Positions 58,356 to 64,000 of a DNA stretch of 64,000 nt are shown here, piece by piece. Every line of letters begins with the position of its first letter. Position 1 is the first letter of the stretch. The position numbers and the translations under genes were made by a program. Origin of the DNA: Schmidtea polychroa (taxonomy: Eukaryota). The notes beneath the pieces are model-generated. The model saw nothing but the letters and a program-made list of their open reading frames with translations, ran no database searches and was not told the origin of the DNA. The stretch lies in NCBI GenBank assembly GCA_044892525.1, contig CM097888.1, positions 15,500,001 through 15,564,000 on the forward strand, written 5' to 3'.

Positions 58356-61300
58356 CCCAATTGAGGTTTTTGCATATCGTTTATTTTACTCATAAAAATA
58401 TTCTGATGAATAAGTCAAATTGCAGGTAAAGATATTTTTAATTTAAATTACAAAGTTTTTAATTTGAATTACAAAAATTTACAGATCTGAGTAAAACAAA
58501 AATATATATATAATAGAAACTACATAAAAAATGTAAATATAATCAGACCAGGTAAACATATTCAACAGGCATTTCTCATTTACAAAATGTTAACTAAAAA
58601 TAATAATTTCATATAGTCCGATTATTTCTAAAGATTTTACAGCCTGCCGATTTGTCCATGAACCATTTTGACCATTGTCATTCGCATACAATATTTGAGG
58701 AAATGTATATCCTTTGCCGTTCTGATCCTTTTTTGCATTATCACCTTGATCAGAATTTGTAAAGACGTGTGGTGGTTTGATAAAAAGATCTTTTCGGGTT
58801 CATATTATTGTTAGGATTTGTTCCGTATTTCGCGAATTGTAATGGATGAGGGTGTTGGTCTATGAAAGCCAACACTAAAACTATTGGGAGCCGAATACAG
58901 TTTATCTTGATAATGATAACATGGCATCGAATTTGCTTTACTCGCCTGAGATTGATTAATAGAGCCTGATTGATAAGTAGAAGTATTAGCTGATCGCACG
59001 AATTTTGATTGACTGTAATTGTGTTCTGCTTGGTCCTTATTCGCTGGTGACCGCGCATTTATAGATATAATATAATATAATATAATATAATATAGTATAA
59101 TAGGTATATAGATATTGTTAAGGCCGTGTAACGGCTCACTACACGGTTGACAAGAGAAATCTATTACAGCTCATAATTTAAATGCCTATAAGCTTTTGAA
59201 CATCCAATTTAAATTAAAAAATAACCGTATAGCTCATGAGTATGCTAATATCCGATGGAAGTTATTTCAATACCAAAAACGGATTTTAGCTGTAATTTTA
59301 AATATTTATCGAGAAATATAATCATTGATAAACACGATGACGACACATTTAAACTAAATAAGAAAATATTTTTTTAACTAAGCCAATATAAAGGAATAAT
59401 TGTAAAACCAAGAATAATCAAAATGTTGCAGAAAGGGAAAGAATACTTTTAAAATTATAATTCAAATTCCACTTAAATTTTATTTGTAAATCCTTCATTT
59501 TACCGAAATTTTAAACCGTGAAATCTTTTTTGAGCGTTTCGTAAGTTTCAGATAAATGAAGGTTGAATGTATTTAATTAAATGAAAAAAGATTATTACCA
59601 ACTATTTTGCTGTGAATTAATGTTGCTTCACCAAGTGCAGATTTGTAATAAGATTTGAGGGCGTTGATAAGCTGAATCGCAATCATATCTATAACAAATT
59701 TAAGGAATTAATTTGACAAAAGTGGTTTAACGTTCAATATTTTTCATTAAAAGGATACAGTTTTGCTTCTCGAAAAAGTATAAGGTCAGCTAAAATAATA
59801 AATTATTCAAAGTATGAAATCGAATAATTTTTTAATATTTTTAATACATACTAAATTTTACTTCCTTAAAGTATGTGTCAAGTACATTTTAGTTCGTTCG
59901 AAGTATTGTCGATTAACTGCATATATTACGCAAGTTATAAAATATCAAATCGTAAATAGGTGGTGTAAGTATCACTATATACTTGTTCAAACCAGTTATA
60001 GGTTAATGTTTTAAGGAATAATGGTTAAGTCAGTAAATGTTAGTCTTTTGGATTATTATTATTACATTAATTTCTAACAAATTATACAAATCGCTTGTTT
60101 CCAGACGATTACACTGTCGGTTGTGTAGACGGTCTCAATTTAAAACCCAGGTCACCTAGACCTAGGTTCTTGGTGGTCATGTGCAGAATATGTTTAGTTT
60201 CTCACTGACTGGGCCGGAAGAATTTTATTGTTAGTTCGGAGTTCGAAGAAAGAATTATTATGAAATTAGTTTATGCATATTCGGACATTTTTCACAAAAT
60301 TTACAGATGGAATTATTTGAAATATAATATAATATAAATAAATTCAAGTTTAAAATTACTTTAAATTGTAATAAATCGAAAATTAAATCATAATTTCATG
60401 AAAATTCTTTGCTGACAAGTTATGAGCAACGAGAAAAATAGCTGAGCAGCTGAAATCAACAAATGTGCAACATCTTTTTTACACTGATACAAAATTGGTG
60501 ACTTAACGCTCGTAGTTGATGTTATTTTTAATTTAATTTCTGTTTTTAATTTAGAAAATTCAATATAAATTCAAATAGTAAAAATTTGTTTGGTTTGATG
60601 AATTTTGGTGTGCACGATAGCTTGTGATAACTGTGCAGGATTTTCAAAAAACTGTTGTACGGTCGCTAACGCGCACAGCTTAGAAGGGACGTTGGTTATG
60701 AGTTGCTTGACACATAAACTACTATTGAAAATAACTAATAGTAGATTAATAGATGGTAGGGTGGCTATTGTTCCCTCCTACAATAACTAGCAAGAAATTT
60801 TTATAATTTTTTAATGTTGCAGCCCTTTATTACTGCCTATAAGAAAGATGACGTTTCATCAAAAACTTTCAGCTTTTAATGTCAAGATAAATTTCGAAAT
60901 TATAATTGCAAGTTATTGAAATAAAATATATCAAAACAATAGATAGTTTATATTTTTAAACCAGTAAGACATCTATATCATTTAATGTTCGATTTTATAA
61001 CAATTTATAACACAAAATTACTTAAACCTGACAATGGCCCCCTCCTCCTAGTAAACGACCTGGATCCACCACTGTAAATGATAATATTCTATGGAACTAA
61101 ATGTAGATGGATATTTACTATTTACCCCATCTAAATAATTGAGCGACTTATTAATACATTCATTATACTTAATTATTAATTTTAGTGTCCATTAAAAATC
61201 TTAGATCCGACATCAGTGTAGGAAAACAGTCCCGTTACTATATAAAGGTTATAACGATGTTTTGTGATATTTTTTGGAAAATTTAATTGAATTCAGGAGG

Positions 61301-62661
61301 GGAAAACTTTAACTATTATTCAGATCATGTAAATAAATTATCATGACAAAATAATTTTGATAAAATAAAAATAGTTTAAACACTAAATTACTAATTTCAA
61401 ACACTTCGGAAGGCTTGGAAAAACCTCATTGCAAGTAAGATTTCTTAAGCACTTATAGCATTGAAATGCCGAATCTTCCGTGAGACCATTTTCCTTTAAT
61501 TTCTTCGAATAATATTTGAATTAAATTTAACATTTTATTAAATAAATTTATATACTTCTGCTTTACCAAATAATATTTCACGTTCTTCTTTAGACAAAGC
61601 TAATATTCAAAATATATAATTTTATAAATTGAAAAATTAACAAAATTACTAATTTCAATTTCATTTGAACCCAAAATTTTATGGATCACATAATCAGACA
61701 TCTGATACTTTTGATTTTCAAATTTAATATCAATTTGCCTTGTAAATTGGTTACGTAAATGCAATAAAACAAATCTAAAAATTGATTGCTTATGTTGTTT
61801 CTTAGAATTCAACTTATATAGTGTGTAACAAAAATAAGTCTTTAAAATGCAAAATTATATTATAGTTTTTTTTGAAAGTTTAAATATCGAATTAAATAAT
61901 TATTAAAATGTAAAAAATAATTCAAAAATTCAAAATGAATTACAAGTCAATAAAGTCTATACTTTATTATACTTTTTCAACTCCAAAGCTCACAAATTAA
62001 AGTCTATTATGCTTTTTTACCTCTGACCACAGCATCTCCCTTATAAAAGTTTGCATGAAAAGGGAACAAATGATAATAAGAACAAGAAAGATCCACATTG
62101 GCATGCTGTAGGATTGCTCGAAGCACATTTTCATTTTTGAAAAAAGAAAGAAATTCGTGGATTTTATTTGTTTATTATTGTTGGCGTCGCCACTCGGTTG
62201 ACACTAGATGAAATTAAATACTAGGGGATAAAGGTCTCTTATCGAACTTAGAAACACAAAACTGTCGAACCTGAGTAGTGAACCAAATGACCGTTTTCTC
62301 ATCATGGTACCCATTATTTGCATCATGTTGGTGCTGCACCATGATGGTGGAACATGATGGACCAGGTGAGCCCCTTTCTTAAGACTACTCTTTCCCGAGG
62401 AGGGCTTACGTCTATTCATGTTTTTAGCACACCCCGGGAAATGGAACTCTCACACCACTTATACTCTTTACTGGCAACGTGTCAACACTCTACTAACATT
62501 TATTGAAAAGAACAGAACACACTTAGACCAAATGAACGCAACAAAATTTATTGGATATATTGACATCAATATGCTACCATAAATGCGACAACAACCAAAT
62601 TAAAAATTGCATTTTCGGACAAATGAATAACATGGAAAAATAACTGATAGTTGAAAATCAT

Positions 62662-63110
62662 TCAGCTCGTCAGCTCCGAGGCTGCTTCTACCATCAAAAG
62701 ATCAATATCAAAGAAGTCCGTGGCATTTTCTTCCCAAGAGGTACCTGTCAACAGTACCACAAGGAACTGGTTGACGAGTTCGTTGAGGTGTACTGGAGGC
62801 GGTTCGAGAGATACCGAGTTTTTCTCGACTATTGTCCTGGCGTAATTTTCGCTTCTTCTTGTGCTCGGCGTGAGACAATTGCCTGCGCTGGGTTTTGATG
62901 GTAGTATAGTTGCAACAGATACCTTTTTAGATGTATTCGGCTTAGATTTCGAATTACTGGTACCGGTGATAACTACGTCCGAAGTAGTAGGTGATAAGCT
63001 CGCTTCGATACAGCTGTGTTTCCCGGAAGGCTGACGAGTGACTTCTGTGTGATGGTGATGAAGCTGGAAAACATTATCGGCCTCCGCGGTGGCGATGTCA
63101 AATATGAATT
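62662..63110 (-). CDS. Start-less 149-codon open frame, relatively GC-rich; possible terminal exon
   Basis: Follows TTAG acceptor at 63111-63112; reads FIFDIATAEADNVFQLHHHH...FFDIDLLMVEAASELTS-stop. Confidence 0.4.
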
Positions 63111-63285
63111 CTAAATGTATATGAAATCTAAATGGACATCAAATTCACCGATTGAAACATTCCATAAAACATATTCAAGATGAGAAAAGTAATTCCTTGG
63201 GAATTTTAAAAATATTTATTTATTTTACATGTTTTGAAATTTTATCTTTATAATCAATGAAATATTATCCTTTTATTTCTTTGTT

Positions 63286-63816
63286 TTATTGTGACTTAAA
63301 GTGAAATATCGATTTTGGTTTAATTATTTGTACAAATTTCTTATTGGTAATCAAGATGTTACAAAGTCTATCCTCAGTTAATTCTAAAGCTTTCCGCAGA
63401 GGGTCTTGTAAAGTTTCATAAACATTTTGTTCTTCATTTGTACAATATCCTTCTAATATGTTCAAATCAACATTCAAATCAATTAAACAATCCTCGTCAG
63501 ACATGAAATCTTCCATTGGTAGTTGATTTGTCGAAATTTGAATATCGGGTTCGTTTATTTTAATTGAGTCTTTAATCTCGATATCGTTCAATACAGTACT
63601 TGGTACTTCTATTTCCAATGTTTTTGAAGTACCTTCAGAAATTTCTATACTAATTTCATTTTCGAACTCTTTTGGCTTATTGAAGTAATTTGCTATTGTT
63701 AACTTAAGCCAATTGTTCATTGGTAAGACCGAAAGTAGGAGGACAAGGCTTAATGGTATCGTAAACCATAAATTCAAATGACTATCAAAAATCCAATGTG
63801 CAATTATTGTTTCCAT
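63286..63816 (-). CDS. Hypothetical protein with N-terminal hydrophobic segment and acidic body
   Basis: 176-aa ORF; hydrophobic LWFTIPLSLVLLLSVL; no family recognised. Confidence 0.45.
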   Translation of the reverse strand: METIIAHWIFDSHLNLWFTIPLSLVLLLSVLPMNNWLKLTIANYFNKPKEFENEISIEISEGTSKTLEIEVPSTVLNDIEIKDSIKINEPDIQISTNQLPMEDFMSDEDCLIDLNVDLNILEGYCTNEEQNVYETLQDPLRKALELTEDRLCNILITNKKFVQIIKPKSIFHFKSQ

Positions 63817-64000
63817 TTTTAAATATAGTTTGGTTGAGATTTCAATTAAAACAAAATTTTCAAAACTTTATGCAATAGTTTTAATTTTATAGGAAACAAT
63901 TTAATATATTCTCTGTCAAAGATTTACGGAATTGTATAAAGTTACATAATGGCTGCTGACTGGTCAGGCTGAAGCCATTGCTTACTTTTGATAGAATATT

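Overview
Very AT-rich eukaryotic (animal-like) genomic window with short spliceosomal introns and four N-gaps. The centrepiece is a complete ~16.2 kb Polinton/Maverick (endogenous virus-like DNA transposon) at 32111-48338, with AGTAG...CTACT termini, long terminal inverted repeats (TIRs) and a perfect 6-bp target-site duplication (TSD) CGTTTA. It encodes the full core set: packaging ATPase, integrase, minor and major capsid proteins, adenain-type protease and protein-primed PolB. It also carries an unusual accessory block: a TATA-binding-protein homologue, a spliced Bcl-2 homologue, a signal-peptide glycoprotein, an acidic repeat protein and a possible ssDNA-binding protein. Several element genes, including integrase and protease, need removal of short GT-AG introns of host-like size. 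The TIRs are packed with AP-1 (TGACTCA) and Sox/TCF-like (AACAAAG) motifs. Host genes are TRAPPC3 (partial), INTS12-like and a 4-exon SUGCT-like CoA-transferase. The SUGCT introns hold a decayed RNF126/115-like gene, an 18S rRNA fragment and transposon debris. The remainder is mostly hAT elements (several with 8-bp TSDs, one triple-nested stack), a candidate 524-bp mini-Polinton and degenerate repeats. All protein assignments come from motif recognition by eye; no database searches were run.
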